In this document: positions 46,829 to 55,625 of the stretch, one piece after another
How the letters are laid out: each line of letters begins with the position of its first letter
Numbering within the stretch: the stretch's first letter is position 1
IMG/VR virus record: IMGVR_UViG_3300005337_000441
Coordinates: 1-64,000 of that record
DNA length: 64,000 nt
Reading direction: 5' to 3' (one strand)
Notes under the pieces: model-generated
The model's input: only the letters and a program-made list of their open reading frames with translations
What the model was told of the DNA's origin: nothing
The model's database searches: none
Position numbers and translations under genes: made by a program

Positions 46829-47185
46829 ATGTCTACAACAAAGACACTTCACCTCGTAATGTGGATTCCAGTCAATGGTGACATGGAGCAGTCCAATTAC
46901 GTCAGTGCGACGATGAATGGGTACGACTATCGTACTACCATTGATCACGCCAGGAATTTCGGATCACCTGAAGCGGCTCGCGAGTATGTTCGTGTACATA
47001 ACTCTGTTGAAGACCCTTCGGAGCTGATCTACGTGCAGGTTGGGGCGATTTATACCCCCAACTACATCCCCAACGTTATCCCGGCAGCGGGACACCAAAA
47101 ACCCCGCGGTCGGGCTCAAGGAACCCTCCGCAATGAACCTGCAAGCCACAGCGAACGACGTCGCAGAAGCGACCACGACAACTGA
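46829..47185 (+). CDS. Hypothetical protein (118 aa)
   Basis: ORF downstream of promoter motif; last 53 nt overlap next ORF. Confidence 0.5.
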   Translation: MSTTKTLHLVMWIPVNGDMEQSNYVSATMNGYDYRTTIDHARNFGSPEAAREYVRVHNSVEDPSELIYVQVGAIYTPNYIPNVIPAAGHQKPRGRAQGTLRNEPASHSERRRRSDHDN

Positions 47186-47621
47186 GACAAAGAAGCGCAT
47201 CAAGCTCAGTAAGTACAAACAGAACTTCATCCAACACATGCAGTTCCTGTTCCCCGAAGAGGTCCTGGACTTCACGGTGGACGACACCAACGAGTTCACG
47301 GACCCGACGGTGGCGAAGTACTTCAAGATCTTTCATAAAGGTCGCGATACTGGGCGTTTCTATGAGCCCGAGCTTTTCATCGTGGGTAAAGTCACAGACG
47401 CTGGTGAACTCCAGTTCTCTGATGCACCCAAGGTGATGAAGAACTTCCACATGGCGCAAGTGGCCATCGACCGGATGACCAAACGCTTTGGTGGACCCTA
47501 TCTCGCATTCGGCCTGTCCAAGGGCTGGGCGCAGATGCTCGCCAAGAAGCTGTTGCTGGAAGACACCCAGCAGCTCGAACAACTCAAGGTCCGCGTACGA
47601 CCCAACCCGAAACCACGATAG
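47133..47621 (+). CDS. Hypothetical protein (162 aa)
   Basis: AAGGAA RBS before ATG 47133. Confidence 0.6.
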   Translation: MNLQATANDVAEATTTTETKKRIKLSKYKQNFIQHMQFLFPEEVLDFTVDDTNEFTDPTVAKYFKIFHKGRDTGRFYEPELFIVGKVTDAGELQFSDAPKVMKNFHMAQVAIDRMTKRFGGPYLAFGLSKGWAQMLAKKLLLEDTQQLEQLKVRVRPNPKPR

Positions 47622-47630
47622 GAAACTGTC

Positions 47631-47864
47631 ATGTTCAACATTGACCCCGATATGTCCACGGAAGAGATCAAGGCGTATTTCGAGGCTTTGCCCGAAGAAG
47701 AGAAACACGCCATGGTCAAAATGATCGTGTCGGGCGTCAATGCTCTTGTGTTCGACGTACTGGCAGTGGACCAGGTCGCCAAGAGCAACGGCCACGACAT
47801 GCCCACCGAGGCAGACTTCACCCAAGCACTGATGGGTAGCAACATCCCTCAGCAACTGCACTAA
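47631..47864 (+). CDS. Hypothetical protein (77 aa)
   Basis: AGGA RBS. Confidence 0.6.
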   Translation: MFNIDPDMSTEEIKAYFEALPEEEKHAMVKMIVSGVNALVFDVLAVDQVAKSNGHDMPTEADFTQALMGSNIPQQLH

Positions 47865-47894
47865 AACCAACCCGCCATTGAAAGGAGAAAACTC

Positions 47895-48239
47895 ATGGCA
47901 CTGAACCACACGCACCTGATCGATTCTTTGCTGGGTCCGCAAGCCGGCGCCATTGCCGTGCTGGCCAATGCAAGCCACGCAGAACTTCCCCAGCTGGGTC
48001 GTGAACCTTCGGCCAAAGCGCTGGAGGCCTACATCGACATCTACCTCAGCACCCGTGCCAAGCCGGCGGGCAACCCCCATGCTCCCATCTTCAAGGTGGA
48101 GCTGCCGGACAACACCATCGTCACTCTGGCCGTGGGCATGGAACTCAGCCGCACCTACTTGGCCACCGGCTGGGTCAGCTGCCGCCACCAGGCGGGTTCA
48201 GCTGACAACGCCAACGCCAGCTTCCTGTGGATGTCATGA
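47895..48239 (+). CDS. Hypothetical protein (114 aa)
   Basis: AAGGAG RBS. Confidence 0.65.
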   Translation: MALNHTHLIDSLLGPQAGAIAVLANASHAELPQLGREPSAKALEAYIDIYLSTRAKPAGNPHAPIFKVELPDNTIVTLAVGMELSRTYLATGWVSCRHQAGSADNANASFLWMS

Positions 48240-48586
48240 CAGAGGGCCAAGTCACTGGGCCTGAGGCCTACGACCGGCTGGCCTCCAAGGTGCGCATTCC
48301 ACAGCGTGTCACGTTCCTGGAAGCCATCGCTTACATCGAATGGTGGCTCGCCAAGCCTTTCGAGAACGCTGCCAGCCTGGACATCCAAGCGTTCGAGCAT
48401 CTGTACACGAACTCCGTGTTCATTCGGTTCCCGGACGCTTCGATCTTTGATGACGAGATTTACACCAAGCTCATTGCCATCTACCGGCAAGCGGGTTGGG
48501 GTGACCTCACCATCCTCTACGGCGACAGTCCCGATACCGAGTACCAAGTCCATGTGGTGCTCTCCAAGCCGCTGAAGCACTCATAG
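48236..48586 (+). CDS. Hypothetical protein (116 aa)
   Basis: ATGA overlap with upstream stop; followed by hairpin GAGAGGAGGGC/GCCCTCCTCTT. Confidence 0.6.
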   Translation: MTEGQVTGPEAYDRLASKVRIPQRVTFLEAIAYIEWWLAKPFENAASLDIQAFEHLYTNSVFIRFPDASIFDDEIYTKLIAIYRQAGWGDLTILYGDSPDTEYQVHVVLSKPLKHS

Positions 48587-48643
48587 GAGAGGAGGGCATT
48601 GCGCCCTCCTCTTTCTTTGTCTGTCAATTTTCAAGGAGTTTGA

Positions 48644-49435
48644 ATGAAAGCAGTGAAACTGTGGGCACTTCTTGCGAAGGCGACTCGCATCGAAATTCTG
48701 GACTGGGGCAAGGACACCTTTCACAAGGTTGAAGGCTCCATCCTCCTGATCGGCAACAGCACGCTGTACGGTGGTCGTGCGGAGTTCCAAGTTGACATCC
48801 GTCAGACGGTGCTCTACGGCGGCGGTGAAGCGCTGGTGCCGGTAACCTATGTCGGCATTCCACAGCCGGCACAACAGCCGCGTGAACACATCATCCGTTT
48901 CTTCGAGGAAACGCCGCTGAACCTGGACAACGCCCTGAACCCGATCACGCCGGATCACCAGTGCGAGCTGGCGATCCACGTGCCGTGTCCGGTGTGTAAG
49001 GTCGAGGTGGGTAAACGCTGCCACGATGGCGGGAACGAGCCGCTGCACCCGCACACGCACCGCATCAAGGCCGCCTTGGTCGAAGCAGGCATGGATCCCG
49101 AAGAGGTCGAGACCTTTTGGAAGGAACCCCCGCTCAAGTCGCTCTTGGGTGGGGATCCGGACGAGAAGGTCACGCTCAACATCTTCGAAACCGATGGCCT
49201 GGCCCGTTTCTGGCGTGACGGTGCGGAGATCTCGATCGACGACGTCAAGACGATTGGCGAGTTCATCCAGACCAACGTCGAGACCGAGTACGAGTTGCGC
49301 GTCGTGGCCGTCAAGGACGACTCCACGCTGCTGCGCATCGTCCAACAGCGCTTGGTGTTCCCCATTCCTGCCGGCGGCTCCCAGAACAACAAATGGGATC
49401 CGAAGGGCAAGGTGTTCCGCACCATCGTCGACTGA
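48644..49435 (+). CDS. Paralogue-family domain fused to a C3H zinc finger and an acidic C-terminal domain (263 aa)
   Basis: AAGGAG RBS; CPVC-x6-RC-x-(...)H..HR finger; N-terminal ~100 aa similar to 49570 and 52251 ORFs. Confidence 0.65.
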   Translation: MKAVKLWALLAKATRIEILDWGKDTFHKVEGSILLIGNSTLYGGRAEFQVDIRQTVLYGGGEALVPVTYVGIPQPAQQPREHIIRFFEETPLNLDNALNPITPDHQCELAIHVPCPVCKVEVGKRCHDGGNEPLHPHTHRIKAALVEAGMDPEEVETFWKEPPLKSLLGGDPDEKVTLNIFETDGLARFWRDGAEISIDDVKTIGEFIQTNVETEYELRVVAVKDDSTLLRIVQQRLVFPIPAGGSQNNKWDPKGKVFRTIVD

Positions 49436-49569
49436 GAGAAGGGGTCCCTGCAAAGGGGCCTCTTTTTTTTTTGTTTTCGGGAGGCCTTCTGAAGTTTTCG
49501 ACAGTCATACATACTGTATGTGAGACCTATCCCCGTTCTAATTGTAACGGCAACAAGAGAGTTTCCAGA

Positions 49570-49875
49570 ATGAGTACCCAATTCACACTCGAACAACTGC
49601 TCGACGCCACTGAGCTGACAGTGATCGACGACGTCGAATGTCTCCGTGCAGAATACGGCATTGCTGGTGACAAGGACTGTGCAGCCTTTCACATGGCTGA
49701 CGAGACCACCATCTTCTTTGACCCCAGTCAACAAGTGACGCTGGAAGACGGCAAAGCTGTGATCCGTGTCACCTACCACGGCGACAAGACACGTACCGAG
49801 ACTACGGCGCTCTTCTTCACCTATGAGAAGGTCACGGCTGAGAAGGTCTTGGCCAAGATCCAAGAGCCTGGCTGA
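49570..49875 (+). CDS. Small paralogue-family protein (101 aa)
   Basis: MST.FTLEQLLDA...TTIFFDPSQQV...GKAVIRVTYHG. Confidence 0.65.
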   Translation: MSTQFTLEQLLDATELTVIDDVECLRAEYGIAGDKDCAAFHMADETTIFFDPSQQVTLEDGKAVIRVTYHGDKTRTETTALFFTYEKVTAEKVLAKIQEPG

Positions 49876-49903
49876 CCCAGCCTGACCAACCTAGGGAGTC
49901 CAC

Positions 49904-50557
49904 ATGCGCAAGCAAGTTAACTCCACCTACGTTGGAGACGAGTTCACCGTCCGTTACCCACGGATTGAAAAAGAGGCCATTCCACCCTACAACGGGATGC
50001 GATGTAAACTCATGGGGTTCAAAGCTCGACTGGAGTATGCACTGCCCCATGTGCCTCGACTACAACATCTTGAGCCTGGTATTTACCAGACCATCGGAGA
50101 TCCGCTGGTAAAGCTTGAGACCGGCAAATTGCTCGACATCCCTCTCATGTACCTGGAACCCGAAGGCTACACCTTCGAAGATGAGATCGACAAGAACTAC
50201 CGGTATTACAAAGAGCAAATGACGTTTCACCGTGTGGGAGAACTCCCCACGATCAAGTGCAACGTCGGCGATACAATCTTGATTGCCAAAGACGGCGTCC
50301 TCGAAGACGACGTGGTGGCAACGGTCGATGACGTGTCCGTCCAGGGCAGTCGCGTCATCGTCGCTTTTGAACATGAGGACCAGCTGTTGACCGTTCCTCA
50401 AACACAAATCATCGACGTACTTGAACTGGGGCCGTATTCAGAGGAGTTCCGGTACCGTCGACAAATGAAGACCGTCAAAGAGATGGCGCGCTTAACGAAC
50501 CCCGGCATGAAATATGCCGACCATGAACAACTCGATGAAGGATGTGAACAGGAGTGA
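49904..50557 (+). CDS. Hypothetical protein, possibly tandem SH3/KOW-like barrels (217 aa)
   Basis: GGGAG RBS; KCNVGDTILI...VATV..V...VIVAF beta pattern. Confidence 0.55.
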   Translation: MRKQVNSTYVGDEFTVRYPRIEKEAIPPYNGMRCKLMGFKARLEYALPHVPRLQHLEPGIYQTIGDPLVKLETGKLLDIPLMYLEPEGYTFEDEIDKNYRYYKEQMTFHRVGELPTIKCNVGDTILIAKDGVLEDDVVATVDDVSVQGSRVIVAFEHEDQLLTVPQTQIIDVLELGPYSEEFRYRRQMKTVKEMARLTNPGMKYADHEQLDEGCEQE

Positions 50558-50743
50558 ATTCTAGAGGACCCTCCCACCTCTACTATCTCTACCCCTTTTC
50601 CTCCTCCAAACGACCCATGTGCCGTCAGGACCGCCTGTTCCCCTTGATCGGGGATCCATCAGCCAGAACGTCCGATCTTACATGAGTTTGAGGGGGTAAT
50701 AACCCGTCAGGTATTGGACCCTGACATTCCTCAGGTAAAACTT

Positions 50744-51085
50744 ATGTCTGAAACAACTGTCAAATACGTGCTGTCGGATGTGCTCAGAAGCGCATCCAGT
50801 ATCATGATCGGTGAACGCAATGTGATCAAGGTGGAGATCCCATCGACACTCACACACCTCGTGCGCCTCGTGACGCTTGGACCCAGCGGTGAGATGGCCT
50901 ATCTGGCCGATCACACCAAGGAAGTCGAAGTCACCGAGGGCAAGATCGTCGTACCGTTGACGATCGAGGGCGTTGAAACCGAGGAGCTCACGGAAATCGA
51001 GCTCTTTGTGACGCGACCCCTGCTCAGCCAGGATGTCAAGCGTCAGATCGTCTCGGCGCCTGCCGAGAGTGCCCTCACGCAGTAA
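50744..51085 (+). CDS. Hypothetical protein (113 aa)
   Basis: AGGT RBS before ATG 50744. Confidence 0.55.
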   Translation: MSETTVKYVLSDVLRSASSIMIGERNVIKVEIPSTLTHLVRLVTLGPSGEMAYLADHTKEVEVTEGKIVVPLTIEGVETEELTEIELFVTRPLLSQDVKRQIVSAPAESALTQ

Positions 51086-51164
51086 AAAACCTGGATTCCT
51101 CGGGATCTAGTGGTATAGAGAGAACCCATTTCGGGAAAGTACCCCTTTCCTAGAGGTGGGTTAC

Positions 51165-51176
51165 TCACTTATACTT
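51165..51176 (+). promoter_or_regulatory. Candidate phage promoter motif TCACTTATACTT
   Basis: Matches TCAC-WY-ATACTT; 67 nt upstream of a strongly codon-biased ORF. Confidence 0.5.
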
Positions 51177-51242
51177 CACGTGGACCTAGAACGAGAACTG
51201 TTCTAAGGAACCACCTTGTCAAACAATCGGAGATCCGACAAC

Positions 51243-51734
51243 ATGTCCAAGACCGCCACCGCGACCGAGGCCAAAGGCCCGACGCTCAAGACCGAAGTCC
51301 TCGAACTGGCCGACCGCATCGAAGCCGCCCTGAACGTCGACAACAAGACCGGCATGGCTCCCGCCGCCGACGACATCTACGAGCAGACCCTGCCCGAAGA
51401 CGTCACGATGACCCTGGTCAACAAGATCGAGAAGCACAACGCCAACTTCATCGCCGCCTCCACCTACGCGCTCGGCCGCGTCGGCACCAAGGCCCTGGCC
51501 GGCCACAAGAAGCTGGACAGCGTCGAGACCGTGATCAAGATGGGCGGCAAGAACGAGCTGCACCTGACCATGGAGCGTCAGCGCACCTACCCGAATCCGC
51601 AGGACAAGGAAAACCCCATCGTCAAGCATGGCGTGATCTCCGTGAACTACGACATCGTCGCCGACAACAACGCCGGCCAGCTCAAGATCGCGCGCTCGCT
51701 GATCAACGACCTGGCGGCCGACGCGCTGAAGTAA
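51243..51734 (+). CDS. Conserved hypothetical protein, probably highly expressed (163 aa)
   Basis: GGAG RBS; almost exclusively C/G third positions. Confidence 0.75.
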   Translation: MSKTATATEAKGPTLKTEVLELADRIEAALNVDNKTGMAPAADDIYEQTLPEDVTMTLVNKIEKHNANFIAASTYALGRVGTKALAGHKKLDSVETVIKMGGKNELHLTMERQRTYPNPQDKENPIVKHGVISVNYDIVADNNAGQLKIARSLINDLAADALK

Positions 51735-51823
51735 TTCGGCGCCCGCCACCAACGCTACTCCTCAGAGCCCCGGGACGTCCCGGGGCTCTGTTGTGCCCTT
51801 TCCTTTTTCACCGAGAACAATAC

Positions 51824-52246
51824 ATGGGCAACAAACCCATTACCGAAGGTAGCTACAGCCGCTTGACCATGCGTCCTGCCATGCAATCCGCAACGGCCAC
51901 GCTGTTCGACCGCATGCTGCCTGCCCTGTCGAGTCTCGTGGGTGACAGCCGACGAGACCCGACGCCAGACGAGTACGAATTCACCATCACGCCCGGTATG
52001 ACTGCCAACCCCACTGAGACGCAGAAGGCCAAGCGTTTCATGGACTACATGGCAATCCTCGTGGGTGAGGACGACCTCGCGATCTTCACAGAGACGCCGA
52101 ACCGCATTGCCTATCGCATCACGCCGGTGTTTGTGTCGATTGCCATCACAGGCTTGACCTCCAAGCCCCGAGAAACAGCGGTCAGCAAGACCCTCGTATA
52201 CAACTTCTCCATGACTTCGCTGAACAAAAACGCAGCGTTGAACTAA
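51824..52246 (+). CDS. Hypothetical protein (140 aa)
   Basis: ORF downstream of hairpin CAGAGCCCCGGGAC/GTCCCGGGGCTCTG. Confidence 0.55.
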   Translation: MGNKPITEGSYSRLTMRPAMQSATATLFDRMLPALSSLVGDSRRDPTPDEYEFTITPGMTANPTETQKAKRFMDYMAILVGEDDLAIFTETPNRIAYRITPVFVSIAITGLTSKPRETAVSKTLVYNFSMTSLNKNAALN

Positions 52247-52250
52247 AACC

Positions 52251-52547
52251 ATGAGCACCCTGTATCCACTTCACAAACTGCTTGAAGCAGCAGACCGCAT
52301 TGAGGTTGTGGGATGTCTCTGTGAGCTCGTATCTTTTCACGATCTTGACTCTACCAGTGAACCGGTAATGCTGAATCAAGTTTTCGGGGATACTACTCAT
52401 TACTTTGATGCCGCTCAGCTGGTGGACATCACCAAACCCATCATGGTGGATGAATTGCATCCACCACCTGGTCACCAAGGGCGCCAGCTCAAGGAGATCA
52501 AACTCTTCATGTTCCGACCAATGACGCTCGACGACGTGACGGCATAA
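52251..52547 (+). CDS. Small paralogue-family protein (98 aa)
   Basis: MSTLYPLHKLLEAADRIEV...DTTHYFDAAQLV...KLFMFRPMT. Confidence 0.65.
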   Translation: MSTLYPLHKLLEAADRIEVVGCLCELVSFHDLDSTSEPVMLNQVFGDTTHYFDAAQLVDITKPIMVDELHPPPGHQGRQLKEIKLFMFRPMTLDDVTA

Positions 52548-52600
52548 AAAGACCACCAGGGCCGAAGCCCCGGTGGTCTCTTGCCGTTGTGGCTTTTTTT
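52537..52600. terminator. Bidirectional hairpin with flanking conserved motif
   Basis: TGACGGCATAAAAAGACCACC...CGAA...GGTGGTCTCTTGCCGT. Confidence 0.8.
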
Positions 52601-52603
52601 GGC

Positions 52604-53473
52604 TTAACGCAGGCCAGGAACGGCCGAAGCGCCCAGCGTCTCGATGCCCGACTTGTAGCCCTTGGCCGAAGCCTGGACGTCTGCCGAGATGTCCTGGATG
52701 AAGGACGGTGCGAGGAACGGGTTGGCGTTGTCCATGCGGATGGACTCCAGCACCTTCTGCGCGAACTGGTTCGTGCCGAGGTTGAACTGGTAGATGCCGG
52801 TGAACTCGATCGAGAGATTGCTCAGCTCGTTCGGCTCGGTCAGGTTGCGCTTGCCGGTGATCTCACCGGTGGAGCGCGGCATCATGTTGGTGCCGACCCA
52901 GCTCTTCACCACGCGACGGTGGCTCGGATCGGGTTCCAGGAACAGCATGCTCATCGTGAACTGGTCAGCGAGCATGTCGTCCGGGCGGGCGCCGGTCAGC
53001 GTGTTGATCAGAGCGAACTTGGTCGCCGGATCCATGATGCCGTAGGTGATCCACTGGTAGAGGAAGTTCTGGATCGGCATGCCGTAGAGGTCCACGAAGG
53101 TCATGACGACCTTGGAGGGCTCACGCTTGCTGTCCACCACTTCTTCCTGGACTTCACCAGCACCACCGACGGGATGCTCCTCGAACTCCAGCGTGACGCC
53201 GGCGTTGAGGCCCTCGATGGAGCGCGGACGCAGCTCGACGATCGCCTTGAGCGTGTCGATCCACTTCTGCGGCTCGGGCATGTATTGGAAGAACTTCGGC
53301 GCTTCCAGCAGGATCGGAATGATCTGCCGGCGGACGTACGCCTGGTTCGACACCCATTCGGGCAGGTTGGGAGCGTAGCCCAGTTGACCGCCGAAGGTGG
53401 GGTCGAGCATGGGCTGGTTGGAGCCGCGGCCAAAGGCGCGTTGGCCCAACAGAGCTTCAGTGATTCGTGCCAT
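52604..53473 (-). CDS. Tail tube protein (phiKZ gp30-like)
   Basis: GGQLGYAPN..EWVSNQAYV, LFLEPDP...V..SW...NMMP..TGEI...R motifs; directly downstream of sheath. Confidence 0.85.
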   Translation of the reverse strand: MARITEALLGQRAFGRGSNQPMLDPTFGGQLGYAPNLPEWVSNQAYVRRQIIPILLEAPKFFQYMPEPQKWIDTLKAIVELRPRSIEGLNAGVTLEFEEHPVGGAGEVQEEVVDSKREPSKVVMTFVDLYGMPIQNFLYQWITYGIMDPATKFALINTLTGARPDDMLADQFTMSMLFLEPDPSHRRVVKSWVGTNMMPRSTGEITGKRNLTEPNELSNLSIEFTGIYQFNLGTNQFAQKVLESIRMDNANPFLAPSFIQDISADVQASAKGYKSGIETLGASAVPGLR

Positions 53474-53504
53474 GTGTGATTCTCCTTGTGTTCAGCTTGT
53501 GGGT

Positions 53505-55577
53505 TTACTGCTCCAGGTCCTCGATCCGGAACGCCTGAACATAGGTGGTCATCACCGTCTTCATGTTCGGCGCGAAGATCTGGATCGGCAGCGTCCAGCT
53601 GAAGCCACGGAGCTCGTCCATGTCCGTCACCTGAGCCTGGGGCTTGATGACGAAGCGACCGTCGAAGATGTTGTTCACGCGGTCGTTGACGAAGTCATTG
53701 ACGCGTTGGCACAGTTGAGCGTTGGTCAGGTGATCCACGCCCGAGAACTCGCGCCAGCAGGCGTGAGCAATCTTGTTGAGCTGGCAGATCGCCATCACGG
53801 TGTTGAAGCTGTTCAGCACCGACGTGTCGTCGTCGTAGACGGTCTTGAAGGCCGGGAAGAAGTACGACGATTGGTCGTAGGCTTGCACCCAGTTCAGGCC
53901 GACGTCCCAGTTGCGGTTGCGCACCGAAGCGGGCACCCACGTGATGTTGATGTCGGTCATGACTTCCAGGATCGAACCCGGAGCGCCGTCGAAGTTCTCG
54001 CCGTTGGTCCAGCGGCCGTTGCCCGCGCCCATGTAGCTCGCTGCCTTGATCAGGAACTCATAGGTGAGCGGAACGCGCTTCTTCCACTGGCTGTTGCGGA
54101 TCTTGCCATCACGGCCGATGATGATGCAGCGCATGACCGGCGTGCCGAAGTAGTCCGACTCGGGGTACAGCTGAGCACGGGTGCGCAGCGCGATGGCCAC
54201 GGACTGTTCTTCAGCGGCGCCGAGCGAGGCTTCGGATTGGTCGAACGGCGACAGCACCACGCAGGTGTCGTGACGCTGGCTGATGAAGTCGATCAGCGCG
54301 AACTTGGTTTCCAGCGGGAAGCCCGAGTCGTAGGTGATCGATTCGACGTTGACGGCCAGTTCCTGCACCGGGTTCAGCGGATCCAGGTAGTCGGCCATCT
54401 TGTTCTTCACCAGGATGGCGAAGTTCTCGTCGGACATCGTGCCGTCGGAGCTGCCGGCCGAGTAGACGTTGGTCGACTCGGAGAAGCGCGTCGTGTTGGG
54501 GCTGTCGGTGAAGACGAAGCTGTTGTACGGCACGCCGTAGGAGCTCTGACCCGACACGAAGTTGAACAGGTGCATGTCCAGCGGATCGGCCGAGAAGTCC
54601 GAGAAGGCACCGATGAACGGGATCTCGGCGGCGTGGAACATTTCCAGCAGCGTGGCGATGTTGTCGTCGTACCAGCGGGCTTCGTGGTAGTTGCCGTAGA
54701 TCTTCGGGTAGCGAGGATCGGTCGTGTTCTCGTAGCTGGGGATGATGATCTCACCAGCATAGAGGTTCAGATCCGTGACCGGGTCCACCACGTCTTGCTT
54801 GAACGTGAACATCACCGATTGCTCGGCGAAGATGGTGGGCACGACCTTCGGCGAGGACACGTCGTCCGGCTTTTGGATCATCTGGATGAAGTAGGGATAA
54901 GCCTTTTCCTGGCTCATCATCTTCGTGGGCATCGACGTCGTCTTGATCGTCGGGGCCCACATGCGGATGCCCGAGTAGTTGCCGTAGCTGCCGACGCTGT
55001 TGGCCTTCAGCTCGAACATCGGGTAGCGCTGCGACTGCGTGGTGCCGTCGGTCTGGTCGCCCGGCATGATGGTCAGTTGACCGAAGTTGTCGGCCAGGTC
55101 TTGGACGCTGGCGTGGTGGGTGACGACCCACTTGACCTTGTAGCCCGGGGTGTTGCCGATGACGATCGGATCACCAGCGACGTCGACCTTGATCGAGCCG
55201 TCGGTGTTGCGCTCGTACACGTCCACCGTGGTGGGCAGCACGTCGAGCCAGCCGATGATCGTGGCCTCGGGGCCGGCGTCTTCGGGGATCAGGCGTTGCA
55301 CCATCAGAGCGTTGCCCTTGGACATCGCGCCCTGGGCAAAAACGGTGGCATGGTTGGCGAACTTGCCACGGAGATTGAAGGTTTCCTGCCCGTAGATGTT
55401 CACCAATTCGGCGCCGCTGCCCAGCTGCGGATCCGTCGTCCCCTTCTGCGCGAAGAGGAACTGTTTTGGGAGATGTTGTGGAACGGCGATGGGCTCACGG
55501 GGGACTTGGCGCTTGCTCAAGTCCTGGGTACCGCGATCGATCACCATCGGGGCGGCATTGACGATCTGTTGTGCCAT
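53505..55577 (-). CDS. Tail sheath protein (phiKZ gp29-like, 690 aa)
   Basis: NAAPMVIDRGTQDLS, PQHLP, YDSGFPLETK, LYPES.YFGTP..R, W..GLNWVQ.YD...YFFPA.KTVYDDDTSVLNS. Confidence 0.9.
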   Translation of the reverse strand: MAQQIVNAAPMVIDRGTQDLSKRQVPREPIAVPQHLPKQFLFAQKGTTDPQLGSGAELVNIYGQETFNLRGKFANHATVFAQGAMSKGNALMVQRLIPEDAGPEATIIGWLDVLPTTVDVYERNTDGSIKVDVAGDPIVIGNTPGYKVKWVVTHHASVQDLADNFGQLTIMPGDQTDGTTQSQRYPMFELKANSVGSYGNYSGIRMWAPTIKTTSMPTKMMSQEKAYPYFIQMIQKPDDVSSPKVVPTIFAEQSVMFTFKQDVVDPVTDLNLYAGEIIIPSYENTTDPRYPKIYGNYHEARWYDDNIATLLEMFHAAEIPFIGAFSDFSADPLDMHLFNFVSGQSSYGVPYNSFVFTDSPNTTRFSESTNVYSAGSSDGTMSDENFAILVKNKMADYLDPLNPVQELAVNVESITYDSGFPLETKFALIDFISQRHDTCVVLSPFDQSEASLGAAEEQSVAIALRTRAQLYPESDYFGTPVMRCIIIGRDGKIRNSQWKKRVPLTYEFLIKAASYMGAGNGRWTNGENFDGAPGSILEVMTDINITWVPASVRNRNWDVGLNWVQAYDQSSYFFPAFKTVYDDDTSVLNSFNTVMAICQLNKIAHACWREFSGVDHLTNAQLCQRVNDFVNDRVNNIFDGRFVIKPQAQVTDMDELRGFSWTLPIQIFAPNMKTVMTTYVQAFRIEDLEQ

Positions 55578-55625
55578 GGATTACCTCGAAGAGAAGAGAA
55601 GATTCACTAGACTGGAGTTTTAAAA

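Noticed and set aside
8761-51200. Apparent clustering of CTAG in intergenic DNA
   Set aside because: Partly explained by overlap with AGGA/GGAG RBSs and TAG stops; it also occurs in coding DNA, and enrichment cannot be counted reliably by eye
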